A stretch of DNA of 63,164 nucleotides, counting the filler, from Candidatus Fermentibacterota bacterium (lineage in GTDB: Bacteria; JAFGKV01), in NCBI GenBank assembly GCA_016928395.1. It is 7 parts of 7 records of this genome, joined end to end, with 100 filler letters (N's around TTAATTAATTAA, not from the genome) between each part and the next. Parts side by side here need not be neighbours in the genome. Positions count along the whole stretch, not along the records: positions 23,818 to 42,440 come from JAFGKV010000145.1; 6 more parts are not named here. One strand, 5' to 3'. Positions within the stretch are counted from its first letter, which is position 1; every line of letters begins with the position of its first letter. Of this stretch, positions 28,701 through 37,217 are shown piece by piece. A model generated the notes under the pieces. The model was not told the DNA's origin, did not search any database, and saw only the letters and a program-made list of their open reading frames with translations. Made by a program: the position numbers and the translations under genes.

Positions 28701-28984
28701 CGAAGGGATCCGCCGCCGATGAAATCCGTCACTAAGAACGGGATGCCGTGGTGGATTCCCGAGGCGCGCAACTGCACCACACACGGATGCGAAAGCGTTC
28801 CCAGCAAGGCCGCCTCACGCATGAGGGTCTCCTGGAGGCTCTGATCAGCGCCTTCCAGGAGCTTGATGGCAACCGGCTCGCCGTTCAATGTGTCGATTCC
28901 GCGATACACTCGGCCGGAGGCGCCGTGTCCGATGGGGTCGCCGATTGCGAAACGTCTGGCCAGCAGGCCGCTTACCTCATCCAT
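25745..28984 (-). CDS. Ser/Thr protein kinase - STAND NTPase (NB-ARC-like) - TPR protein
   Basis: Kinase motifs IGHGASGRVY, VAIK, HRDVKPAN, DFG and GTLAYLSPE. FIGRE, Walker A GPGGIGKT, Walker B LLVFDNMEHL and GGNPLGIELAA. C-terminal TPRs. Confidence 0.93.
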   Translation of the reverse strand: MDEVSGLLARRFAIGDPIGHGASGRVYRGIDTLNGEPVAIKLLEGADQSLQETLMREAALLGTLSHPCVVQLRASGIHHGIPFLVTDFIGGGSLRDLLTREHRFSLQWTIEVSIDLASALHHAHQHGVIHRDVKPANVLMAADGTPRLSDFGIAALSSVSPSEQTERLIGTLAYLSPEGFRGESLGPESDLWSLGLMVFEMLAGTLPFGTPATEEDLPGLVERPAPLISEFQPEAPDSLVSLLAWMLDRDRSKRVRDAGMVSKLLEEILVRINSPGQSAEGVNQGGWMTPFIGREREQEHLLHLLTDGAHRLISLVGPGGIGKTRLAIEAAEEARGLFQDGAHLVPLAPVPSSAFLIPAVASAVGATFRGTVDPKEQLLAFLKGKRMLLVFDNMEHLLDGRGLLDELLAAGSGLVFLVTSRERTGLPMETVVEIAGLGVPAPTDAPDPANHPALMLFHHVARRASAGFIPKPTDWESIATICQLVGGNPLGIELAAASVDDVPCEAIAGRLSEDIDQLAARLPGAPPRHRSMRAVFDHSWNLLRHSEQSIYRRLSVFRGGFTLEAARAVVGASLVTISRLVDKSLIARNRSNRYSVHELLHQYAREELTRLPGERSETEELHAEFYGAFVQKHEHGLAAASEASVFDEIEREMANIRGGWEHALSASRSELLLFYLRGMHRFFEHRSRFREGEMAFGGTVEALRKAWKTDEWGLKALAVALTCWSALIYRLARYQEARDSAQEARAMAEALDLRIDAASAANTAGIASIALGDTDDAKDLIAHALVTWEDIGNLQGQGACHANLGVIADGFGRIDEAVTHYERALAIFTQIDHKPGKATVLQNLTGMALQRGDLSETRRLADEALVLARAVGDRLSESRALATLGIVAHRRGNDEGAVRRYEESVAIKRALGDRRGLANTLAHLGVSLAARGLPDCAKAILEEAHDEAEAIGDRHGQTMALMFRADHCMELDESREAEQCYRNALALANETKAVPQIVEIIRAVARLKDRFGDMAGALEAFLVGLDQPFHQEDRESMEQAIAKLEKTLAVETVEGVRGLAASQTLEQFARRLLAEPRWS

Positions 28985-29019
28985 GCGGTATGCTCGTGTT
29001 ACTCACCCAGCCTCATTCG

Positions 29020-29406
29020 CTAGTTCACCCAATAGCCATGCCCGAAGAGGGCGGCTCCTGAAAGAAACCACCAGGCCAGCGCCCCCACCACGCTCCAGAA
29101 TCTGGTCAGGGGACGTTCGGAGAAGAAGGCGTTCCTCACCAGCCACAGGAGTAGGCCCGACCCAACGATGTATCCAAGGACTCCGAAATACGCGACCAAC
29201 GGGCTCTTGAGATCCCGCAAGCCACCGATAGGGCCGGTCCATAGCGTCAAGTACGTTGTGGTGCCAATGCCATAATCCACAACCGGCTCATGGGGGAAGA
29301 CGAAAACCGCCAGGTAGACCGAGGCGACCAGGTAGCCAAGGACAACCCCAAGGAACCCATACAGAGGAACTCGTGGAATGCGATACGGATCGATGGGTTC
29401 ACTCAT
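29020..29406 (-). CDS. Small membrane protein (about 3 TM helices)
   Basis: AAGGAG RBS. Overlaps the stop of the upstream gene. Hydrophobic segments. Confidence 0.65.
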   Translation of the reverse strand: MSEPIDPYRIPRVPLYGFLGVVLGYLVASVYLAVFVFPHEPVVDYGIGTTTYLTLWTGPIGGLRDLKSPLVAYFGVLGYIVGSGLLLWLVRNAFFSERPLTRFWSVVGALAWWFLSGAALFGHGYWVN

Positions 29407-30994
29407 GCTGTGCGCTCCTTTCCTGACCGCCAAGCCTACGCCTGGCAGACGATCGGATCCTGGATGCAGATCCGTGTTCAGTACTCACCAGATCCCGTGT
29501 CCACAGGAAGTCACGCTCAAAGGCGCGAAGCAGCCGGGTGCGATCCGCATCCAGACGGGCCAGCTCCTGGTCAATGCCTCGGCTCGGCGACAGCAGGATC
29601 GCATAGAGGAGGTGTTCTTCTTCCACGAAGCCAGCGCCGCAGTCCCCGGCGATGGCGCGGGCATCATCGATACAGCGACGGTAGTTCAAGGTCGCCCGTG
29701 GTGGGTCATCCTGGCTCACGTGAACCGCCACATCGGCACGCCAATCGTCATCCCGGCTCGCGACACCTTCCGCCGAGAGGAACGACCTGACACGCTGCCC
29801 AGAGCGTGCACGGAGGGCTTCTAGCAGGTGCCGGGATTCCAGGGTCCCACGGCTGACTCTTCGCGCCACGGTCTGGGAAAGGCCGAGGATCGACAACGCC
29901 CCCGGGCTCAAGGGGAATTCCAGCGGCACCACGGTATGACGCGCAGCGGCCACATCCAGGGCAAACTCCAGCGAGCAGTCATCCAATCGCCTCTGTGCGG
30001 CGTCCACGGCTTCCCGGAAGGGAAGCGAGTGGCCGGAGTAGAGAGTGACACCGGTTGCCTCCAGCGGTAGCAGCCTGCCGCTGCGTACGGCCTCCCTGAT
30101 CCGTTCCTGAGATTCAATCACCGGCTCGAGGCGTTCGCTGCCGGTCCTCCAACACCCGACCATCGCGTGCTGATCGGCGTGCTCCCCTCGGCAGACAACA
30201 ATCACCACAGGCTGAAGATGCACGCTCTCCAGGCAGGAGGCGAACAGGAGCGATAGGTCGATGCACGTACCCGCGCCAGCACGCGTATGGGGATTCGGGA
30301 TGACCCTGTGCGGTGGCCGAATCGCCTGTCCATCGGTTTCGTAACTGGGAGCCTCAAGAACATACTGGAGATTGTAGCGCACCTGGAGCGTCTCGTAGAT
30401 CTGTCTCACCACGTCTTCAGCCTCCGATCCATCACCTACGGATTGGACGGGTGATGCTCCTCGGCCTCTTTCGAACACAGTCTGGCCGGCGTCTGCAAGA
30501 ATCTGCTGGATGATGAACTGCCCGGGCTGCACATAGCAGGCAAGAGTCTTGCGCGCCTCTTGCGCCAACGACCACTCATAGAAACCCAGGACGAGAACCT
30601 CACTGCGGAAGACCACGTGGCCATCCACCGCGATAGATAGGGTTGCGTACCGACGCGCTTCGAGCCCCTGGAGGCGATCATAGCATAGTTGCAGCGGAAT
30701 CGGCGCGAGCCGAGCAACGGCGCCGTGCCCGAGGGCGTGTACGGGCAATGTCAACGGCAGTGCGTATCCTGGGATGTCGATGGTCAGAGTGAACGGCTCG
30801 ACAGACGAGTCGCTGCGGTTGACAATCTCGATGTGATCGATGATGGGGATATGGCAGTGGTGAAACGCGTAGCTGATCGCGGGTGCACCGACGAACGCGA
30901 TCTCCAGGTCGCCATGGCGGAACCTGCGTGTCGAAGGGGGATTGCTCCTAGACACGGAAGCCGCTCCTTGGACGGGGTCGTGATCTTCTGGCAT
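29399..30994 (-). CDS. Transglutaminase-like (papain-fold) domain protein with two C-terminal Clp-N repeats
   Basis: GQAIRPP...GTCIDLSLLFASCLE...HAMVGCW...LEAT gives a putative Cys-His-Glu set. C-terminal LSPGALSIL...ESRHLLEAL and IDDARAIA...VEEEHLLYAIL. Confidence 0.75.
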   Translation of the reverse strand: MPEDHDPVQGAASVSRSNPPSTRRFRHGDLEIAFVGAPAISYAFHHCHIPIIDHIEIVNRSDSSVEPFTLTIDIPGYALPLTLPVHALGHGAVARLAPIPLQLCYDRLQGLEARRYATLSIAVDGHVVFRSEVLVLGFYEWSLAQEARKTLACYVQPGQFIIQQILADAGQTVFERGRGASPVQSVGDGSEAEDVVRQIYETLQVRYNLQYVLEAPSYETDGQAIRPPHRVIPNPHTRAGAGTCIDLSLLFASCLESVHLQPVVIVVCRGEHADQHAMVGCWRTGSERLEPVIESQERIREAVRSGRLLPLEATGVTLYSGHSLPFREAVDAAQRRLDDCSLEFALDVAAARHTVVPLEFPLSPGALSILGLSQTVARRVSRGTLESRHLLEALRARSGQRVRSFLSAEGVASRDDDWRADVAVHVSQDDPPRATLNYRRCIDDARAIAGDCGAGFVEEEHLLYAILLSPSRGIDQELARLDADRTRLLRAFERDFLWTRDLVSTEHGSASRIRSSARRRLGGQERSAQHE

Positions 30995-31099
30995 CCGGTT
31001 CGTGCCTGATGTCGTAGTATGCGCGCTCCAGGCCCGCGGTCAAGGGCCTGTTCATCTCAGAGAGAAGCTGCCAGACCGCTCGTGTCCGCGCTCGCAAAC

Positions 31100-31265
31100 T
31101 CAGAATCAGAAGTCAGGAGTCGACCCCCCACAACGCGGCACACGGGCGGGCGAGCGGGCTGCCGGCTTCGCTTCGCTCGCAGGCTCCAGGGTTCAGTGGG
31201 GCGGCCTGCCGACTATGGTTCCGCCCCCATCTCCTCGCTCCTCACTCCTATCTCCTCACTTCTCA
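31100..31265. repeat. Intergenic low-complexity heptamer repeats and hairpins
   Basis: CAGAATCAGAAGTCAGGAGTC at ~31101 and TCTCCTC-GCTCCTC-ACTCCTA-TCTCCTC-ACTTCTC at 31230-31264. Confidence 0.5.
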
Positions 31266-31322
31266 AAGCGGCTCTGTCGTTGACCCTGCGCCTGGTCGAG
31301 GGGCGTGAAGCTCCAGCGTAGC

Positions 31323-32045
31323 TCAGTGTCGGACTCTGGTGCTTCGGATTTGCCCTCTGGCGGGAGCCTGCAGCAGCAGGGTGTATTCCCCGTCGGGAAC
31401 GTCCTCAAAGCGGGCTAGGAGGTATGCTTCGCCGGGAACCGCAGCCAATTGAGCCACGCGGGTGAACTCCGACGAGGTGGCGATGAGCACAACAAAAGGA
31501 TGTGGCGCCGCACCCTTGGGGTGGCGCACGGTGACGGCGGATTCGGCGGCATCGGCAACAACACGGAGCATCGGTTCATCGGGGCTCTCTACCATGGCCG
31601 GGCCCCTTCTATCCTTGCCCCGCACGCGGATCGGCGGGGCCACGGGTTCGAATGCGAGGAGCGGGCCGGCCGGAGTCATACGTGGCAGCGCTTCGTCGCG
31701 GATCCACGCCAGTCGTGCCGCAGACTGGAGCCCGATCCGCAGGGCCGCGCTGGTCGACTTCATGAGGTTCCGTGACCAGCGAAGCAGCCTCCGTTCGACC
31801 TCGGACGGGATCTCGGCGTCGAAGGCGTAGCTTCGAAGGCGCTTCCGGAGTTGCGCCAGCGCGGGATCGACCGTATGCCGCGCCGAAAAAACGGCGGCCC
31901 GGTGGTCTCGGAGGAGACGATAGGCCCTTGCCCGCGCCGCGCACTCCGGACACGCGGCCAGATGCAGGTCGAGTCGAAAGCCATCCTCCTCTGCCGCTTT
32001 GCCCGCGACGTACTCGAGTATCCGCATCAGTGAGGGGTGATCCAT
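31323..32045 (-). CDS. Soluble zinc-finger (zf-HC2/ZAS) anti-sigma factor
   Basis: N-terminal H...HLAACPEC (HxxxCxxC). No TM helix. Beta-rich C-terminus (ARFEDVPDGEYTLLL). Lies directly downstream of the ECF sigma. Confidence 0.8.
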   Translation of the reverse strand: MDHPSLMRILEYVAGKAAEEDGFRLDLHLAACPECAARARAYRLLRDHRAAVFSARHTVDPALAQLRKRLRSYAFDAEIPSEVERRLLRWSRNLMKSTSAALRIGLQSAARLAWIRDEALPRMTPAGPLLAFEPVAPPIRVRGKDRRGPAMVESPDEPMLRVVADAAESAVTVRHPKGAAPHPFVVLIATSSEFTRVAQLAAVPGEAYLLARFEDVPDGEYTLLLQAPARGQIRSTRVRH

Positions 32046-32054
32046 CAGAGACTC

Positions 32055-32915
32055 CTATGATCGCGCCGTGTGCCGCTCTTCCATGAGTAACATACCCGTC
32101 TCCAGCGCGTTTCTCGCCCGGCGTCTCACCTTGTGACACCAATCCGAGAGGGAGGCAGAGGGTTTCGGGCCAAAGAAGGTCGAGAGATGCAGATCACCAA
32201 CGGGGCCGGTCAAAGCTCGCGCCCGATCGTACTCCTGCTCCGGGTACACGTCCCGAACAGGTGCAACGAGCCTCTGCCAGAACCACGGACAATGGTCGCG
32301 GCAGAGCGGTCTCCGGCCGGCGTCTGTGAACGCGTGGCGGGACATATCATCATACACGCGCCGCGTGAGGGTGAAGAGCGAGCGGGAGCCGAGTTGTTCA
32401 GCCACTTCGCGTGGGCGCCACTCAAGGAATCCGATGAGACAGAACGCCAAGGCCTGATGCGGCTTTGCGCCGCACGCCAGAACGAGAAGGAGAAGCTCCT
32501 GTGTCGCCGCCTCGATCTCCTGCGATGGTTGGGCAGCGATCTCGGGGATCTCAGCCAGAGGCCTGAGCCGCCGCTGATACTGTGGCGTGGGTTGATCGGG
32601 GGTGGATGCCGCCGCCACGTGAGTTCGGCGTAGATGGTGATCGATCTGGCTGTCTGCCATGACCCGCAAGAGTGTGTAGACAGAAAACTGGGGATCGTAG
32701 CGACCATCCCTGAGAAACGGGAGAGCGGCCGCAAAGGTCTCCGAGACGATGTCGGCGGCATCCGCCGAATGCACCCTTCCGGCGACATAGCCCCGCAAGG
32801 CCTCGAAGAAGTGCTCGTACAACGTGCCGAACGCACTGTCGTCGCCACCCTGAACCCGCGCCGCGAGCTGGCGCTGTTCCTCGGAGGAAAGGTAGCGGTG
32901 GGCCTCTCTGTGCAT
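32055..32915 (-). CDS. ECF-type sigma70 factor with an insertion in region 4
   Basis: Region 2: GGDDSAFGTLYEHF...DAADIVSETF...YDP. Region 4: FLEWRPREVAEQLG...SLSDWCHKVRRR. Confidence 0.8.
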   Translation of the reverse strand: MHREAHRYLSSEEQRQLAARVQGGDDSAFGTLYEHFFEALRGYVAGRVHSADAADIVSETFAAALPFLRDGRYDPQFSVYTLLRVMADSQIDHHLRRTHVAAASTPDQPTPQYQRRLRPLAEIPEIAAQPSQEIEAATQELLLLVLACGAKPHQALAFCLIGFLEWRPREVAEQLGSRSLFTLTRRVYDDMSRHAFTDAGRRPLCRDHCPWFWQRLVAPVRDVYPEQEYDRARALTGPVGDLHLSTFFGPKPSASLSDWCHKVRRRARNALETGMLLMEERHTARS

Positions 32916-33411
32916 GGCACCCTCGTGTAGCCGTCTCTCGTGTCGCACCCCGAAGGACTCCCGCAAAGACCCCATGCGCCGGGGATGCTCCGAGCCGCCG
33001 GCCGCCATCGCAGGGAGCCACGCGCTCGGAACTTGAGCGTCGCGGACGGGGACACTCCGGTTATGCCCTCGCAGAATGCAAGATAGATGCGTATATGCCC
33101 GAGGCAAGATTCCCCCCTGCAGCCACTGTTCGTTCAATCGCATGACGGCGATGGCTCCAGGACACGGGTAGGCCGCCCGTCTGACATCGTTGTTATTCTG
33201 CGTCTAAAAGCATGGGTCGTGCCGCGACGACCGCCCTGCCCCTGAGTCCTCTCTTTCGGCACCCCCTTACACCGCTCCCACGGATGTAATGACTGCAGGC
33301 CACCGTCTCGTTATTGTGCGCGGCAGACACCGCGTTTCGGGAAAGCGCGTCAGATGCTCGTGGTGCCCGACGCCGCCCAGCCGGCGGTCGGACCCGGAAG
33401 TGAGGAGCAGG

Positions 33412-35217
33412 ATGAGGGTACCCATAGATGGTGACCATGGATTGGGCACGACCATAGCCCGGCACGCCCTGCGTCCAGCCTATGCCGTTGCCCTTCTTCT
33501 GGTGGTGCACTTCGCCGCCTGTGCCTGGTCAATCGCCCGCCAGTCCCTCACCTATGACGAATCCAACCACTACGCCTACGGCATGAAGATCAGCCGGCTC
33601 GACCCCGACCTCGGCCCCCACGACAGCAAGATGCCATTCTCCGTTGTCAATACGATTCCGTACCACCTGTCAGTGGCGTTGGGCAAGCTTCCCATCCTCC
33701 ACGGTCTCGCGTCAGGGCTTGCCTCCTTCGACGCCGCGCGGGTGGTCACCGTGTGTTTTTCCCTGCTCCTGGGCGTGGGCGTGTTTCGCTGGAGCCGGGC
33801 TCTGTATGGGGTGCATGGCGCGCTCCTGTCGCTAGCGCTCGTGGCGTTCGACCCGACCATCCTCGCCCATGGATCGCTGGTCACCACGGACCTGTTTGCA
33901 TCGCTCATGGTCCTGGTTGCGCTCTACCGCTACTGGGTGTTCCTCCGGGAACCCACTGTGCCGCATGCGGCCCTGAGCGCTACGACCCTGGGCCTGGCCC
34001 AGCTCTCCAAGTACACCGCAGTCTACCTGTACCCACTGTTCGTGCTGCTCTTCCTCGGGGCAGCCGGCACAAGAACGTGGAGAGACAGGGGCGTTGGAGA
34101 ACCGGGGAGGCTTCTGCGCCGCGGCGCGGGCTTCTTCGCCCTCTTCGTCGCGGCAAGCATCGTGATCATCAATGCGGGATTCCTGTTTCACGGCACGGCC
34201 ACGCCGCTTCGGGACTACCGGCTCCGCAGCCATCTTTTCCTCTCGCTGCAGCGCACACCCCTCCTCCGAAGCCTCCCGCTGCCCCTTCCCGTGCCGTTTG
34301 TCGAAGGCCTCGACCGGGTAAAGCACAACGAGACCACGGGCGCCACCTTTCCGGGCATCTACCTCCGGGGCGAGGTGCGCAGAAGCGGCGAGGAAGGCTT
34401 CCGGGGGTTCAAGACCTACTTCCTGTGGTGCTGGCTCCTGAAGGTGCCGCTGGCGACCCAGCTCCTGGTTTCCATGGCTCTCCTGGGCCTGCTTCGCCCT
34501 GACCCGCGGCGAGGATGGCGGAAAGATGAGGCATTCCTGCTGGTGCCGTCCCTGTTTTTCATGGCCTACTTCTCGCTGTGCTTCAATGCCCAGCTCGGCA
34601 TCCGCTTCCTCCTGCCCATCTTTCCTTTGATGCACATATTCTGCGGAAGGCTGCTCAAGGACTGGCCCGCGGTCTCGCCCAGGCGCCGCGTCGCGTATGG
34701 TACGCTGGTGGTCTATCTCGCTGCATCAGCCGCATCGTATGCGCCGCATTTCATACCCTACTTCAATGAGCTGGTGCCGGATCGTACACGGACATACCGC
34801 TTCCTTGCCGACTCCAACCTGGACTGGGGCCAGGCCACTCCCTCGATCCGCGACTACCTGAGGAGCCATCCGGGCACCCAGTTTCACCCGCCCCATCCCA
34901 TGCCCGGTCGCATCCTGGTGGCCGGCAATGCCTTGGTCGGCCTCACTGATCCGGAGTGGTTCCGGTGGCTCCGGGAGAACTTCGAACCCGTCGGCCATGT
35001 GGCCTATGCCGTGTTTGTGTTCGAGGTGACGGAACACGATCTGAGAGAACTCAAACGGCGGGGTGCACTCTCTCATCCCCTCAAGAATCCCATCGGCCCC
35101 GGGGCGGGCCTCCCCGGCGGTGAGGGGCTCCGCCGGGAGGGTGGGGGTCAGTCCCCTCAGGAGAGGGGAATGGCCCGCTGGATCCAGCCGCCTCCGATGA
35201 CCGTGTCGGCGTCATAG
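33412..35217 (+). CDS. GT-C (family 39, PMT-like) membrane glycosyltransferase
   Basis: SLTYDE, DPTILAHGSLVTTD, SKYT, GIRFLLP and LADSNLDWGQ motifs. GAGGAG RBS. The 3' end overlaps mnmA. Confidence 0.85.
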   Translation: MRVPIDGDHGLGTTIARHALRPAYAVALLLVVHFAACAWSIARQSLTYDESNHYAYGMKISRLDPDLGPHDSKMPFSVVNTIPYHLSVALGKLPILHGLASGLASFDAARVVTVCFSLLLGVGVFRWSRALYGVHGALLSLALVAFDPTILAHGSLVTTDLFASLMVLVALYRYWVFLREPTVPHAALSATTLGLAQLSKYTAVYLYPLFVLLFLGAAGTRTWRDRGVGEPGRLLRRGAGFFALFVAASIVIINAGFLFHGTATPLRDYRLRSHLFLSLQRTPLLRSLPLPLPVPFVEGLDRVKHNETTGATFPGIYLRGEVRRSGEEGFRGFKTYFLWCWLLKVPLATQLLVSMALLGLLRPDPRRGWRKDEAFLLVPSLFFMAYFSLCFNAQLGIRFLLPIFPLMHIFCGRLLKDWPAVSPRRRVAYGTLVVYLAASAASYAPHFIPYFNELVPDRTRTYRFLADSNLDWGQATPSIRDYLRSHPGTQFHPPHPMPGRILVAGNALVGLTDPEWFRWLRENFEPVGHVAYAVFVFEVTEHDLRELKRRGALSHPLKNPIGPGAGLPGGEGLRREGGGQSPQERGMARWIQPPPMTVSAS

Positions 35218-36233
35218 AGCACCACGGCCTGCCCCGGCGTCACCGCAGGCACCGGAGTCTCGAACCGCAGTACGGCCCCGTCCTCACCCGCGTGGCGAAC
35301 CTCGGCCCGTACGGGGCGATGCCCAGAGCGCACCTGGGCCAGGCAGGAGAAGGAGGCACGGCCGGGCCGGACCGCATGCCAGATCATCCCGGAGGCGGTT
35401 AGGCCCGCGGCCAGGAGGTCACCCCGATCCGTGGTCACCGTGATCGCGCCGGTATGCGGGTCGATGCCCTTGACATAGGCGGGTGCACCCAGAGCGATAC
35501 CGAGGCCGCGGCGTTGGCCGACGGTGAAGCGGTGAAACCCATCGTGGGTTCCCAACAGCGACCCATTGGCACTCACGACGGCGCCCGGCCGGCCCGGCTC
35601 ATCGAAGAGAGTGCGTAGGAACTCCGGTAGCTTCTCTCCCAGGCCGACGACGCAGGCGTCCTGGCTCTCGGCGCGGCCGGCGCAGGGGAGCCTGAGGTCC
35701 CTGGCGAGGCTCCGAACCTCTGTCTTGGACAGGTCGCCCAGGGGGAAAATGACCCGGGCCAGGTGGTCACCCGTGAGAGCAAACAGAAAGTATGACTGAT
35801 CCTTGGCGCGATCTCTGGCGCGCAGAAGAACCGGTGCGGCTTCCGGCTCCCGCACGACTCGGGCGTAGTGGCCGGTGGCGATCCAGTCTGCTCCCACATC
35901 GCGCGCCATGTCGAGCAGCGCGTCGAACTTGACGGCCGGATTGCAGATCACGCAGGGATTCGGGGTCCGGCCGCGGGCGTACTCCTCCCAACTGGGCCGA
36001 AGCACGACGTCCCGGAACCGGGAGGCACGGTCAAGGATGCGGAGGTGAATCCCGAGCTGGTCGGCCACAACCTGTGAGCCGGCGACAGGATCCTCGACGG
36101 TGGATGCGGGCTCAGGCGGCTTCAGACGCAAGGTGATTCCGATGACCTCATAGCCTTCTTGCTGCAAAAGCGCCGCCGCCACACTGGAGTCTACGCCACC
36201 ACTCATGGCGACGGCAATGCGCTTCGTCTTCAT
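35157..36233 (-). CDS. mnmA: tRNA-specific 2-thiouridylase MnmA
   Basis: AMSGGVDSS, GRTPNPCVICN, ATGHYA, KDQSYFL, ESQDAC, TVGQRRGLG and VTPGQ motifs. Confidence 0.95.
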   Translation of the reverse strand: MKTKRIAVAMSGGVDSSVAAALLQQEGYEVIGITLRLKPPEPASTVEDPVAGSQVVADQLGIHLRILDRASRFRDVVLRPSWEEYARGRTPNPCVICNPAVKFDALLDMARDVGADWIATGHYARVVREPEAAPVLLRARDRAKDQSYFLFALTGDHLARVIFPLGDLSKTEVRSLARDLRLPCAGRAESQDACVVGLGEKLPEFLRTLFDEPGRPGAVVSANGSLLGTHDGFHRFTVGQRRGLGIALGAPAYVKGIDPHTGAITVTTDRGDLLAAGLTASGMIWHAVRPGRASFSCLAQVRSGHRPVRAEVRHAGEDGAVLRFETPVPAVTPGQAVVLYDADTVIGGGWIQRAIPLS

Positions 36234-36341
36234 GGCGGCCGTGCCACGTCGTGGGTCCTGGCCATGGAGGCGCGGACGGGCGAAGTGTCGCGGCGAATGT
36301 GGAAGTTCTCCGCGCACAGCCGCGTCGCGCGCCACATGACT

Positions 36342-36363
36342 ACTATTCTCATGTTAGAATAGT
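36342..36363. promoter_or_regulatory. Palindromic site ACTATTCT-N6-AGAATAGT, copy 1
   Basis: Perfect 8-bp arms, AT-rich in a GC-rich context. The same arms occur at 48513-48534. Confidence 0.45.
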
Positions 36364-36419
36364 GCCTTTTCGCTCCGCCACCAGGACCGGCCGTCATGAC
36401 TCCGGTTGTGACCTGGCCC

Positions 36420-36949
36420 CGCGGTCGATGGTCTCGCTTTGGGAGCCCATCCGGTAGCCAGCCCTGCAGGTCGAGGGTGACGAAGGAGTGGCCGGCGGCA
36501 CGACAGGTGCTGCTCACAGCTTCGGCTGTCTCGGATTCAGGCAAACGGAAGAAATCGCTCCGCGGAGCTTCGATCCCCGCCACGTCGCCGTGATCCCGCA
36601 GGCCCTGTTCGGCCCGATCGATGTGGGCCAGACGCCGGGGAGGGATCTCCTGGCCATAGGGAATACGCGAGGCCGGGCAAGCAGCGGCAGGCGCGTCCCA
36701 GGTGGGCAGGCCCAATTCATCGGTCATTGCCTGGATCCAGCGCACGCCCAACAGGGGAACAACCGCTTCGACGGCTATTTCATGACTCGCCTGCAGGCGG
36801 GACGTGGCGGTCACGGCCAGAACGCGCTCTCCCAGGGCGTCGTAAGCCGCGGCCAGGAGAAGCGAGCTGTCGACCCCGCCGGAGAAGGCTACCAAAACGC
36901 TGTCCATCCGGGCCAGATGCGTGATCAGGCGATCGTAGTCAGTGATCAT
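36420..36949 (-). pseudogene. larE: LarE-like ATP-dependent sulfur transferase remnant
   Basis: VAFSGGVDSS, LGLPTWD.PA.AC.ASRIPYG and FVTLDL.G are present, but the central region is missing. A GGCT duplication frameshifts the terminal GYRMGS motif. Confidence 0.75.
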
Positions 36950-37217
36950 GCGGTCCCGTCTCCATTCGCCTCCACACGGAGTGACGCCTGGATCCGACAT
37001 ACTACCGGGTTCGGCTCCTTGCCCGATGTCCAGGAAGGGGAGGTCTTCGCCAGCTTCGCCCTTCAGGGCCTCCTACGCAAGTGCTGAGCCATCTGCGCAG
37101 CGACAGAGTCTCCTCGAACTTGACTGTGAATCCCAGGCGGCGCAAGTTGGGAGGTGAAGGCTTTCATAGTGGGACATGTGCCCCGGCGTCATGTCACCTA
37201 CGGCCAGGAGGGGCACC

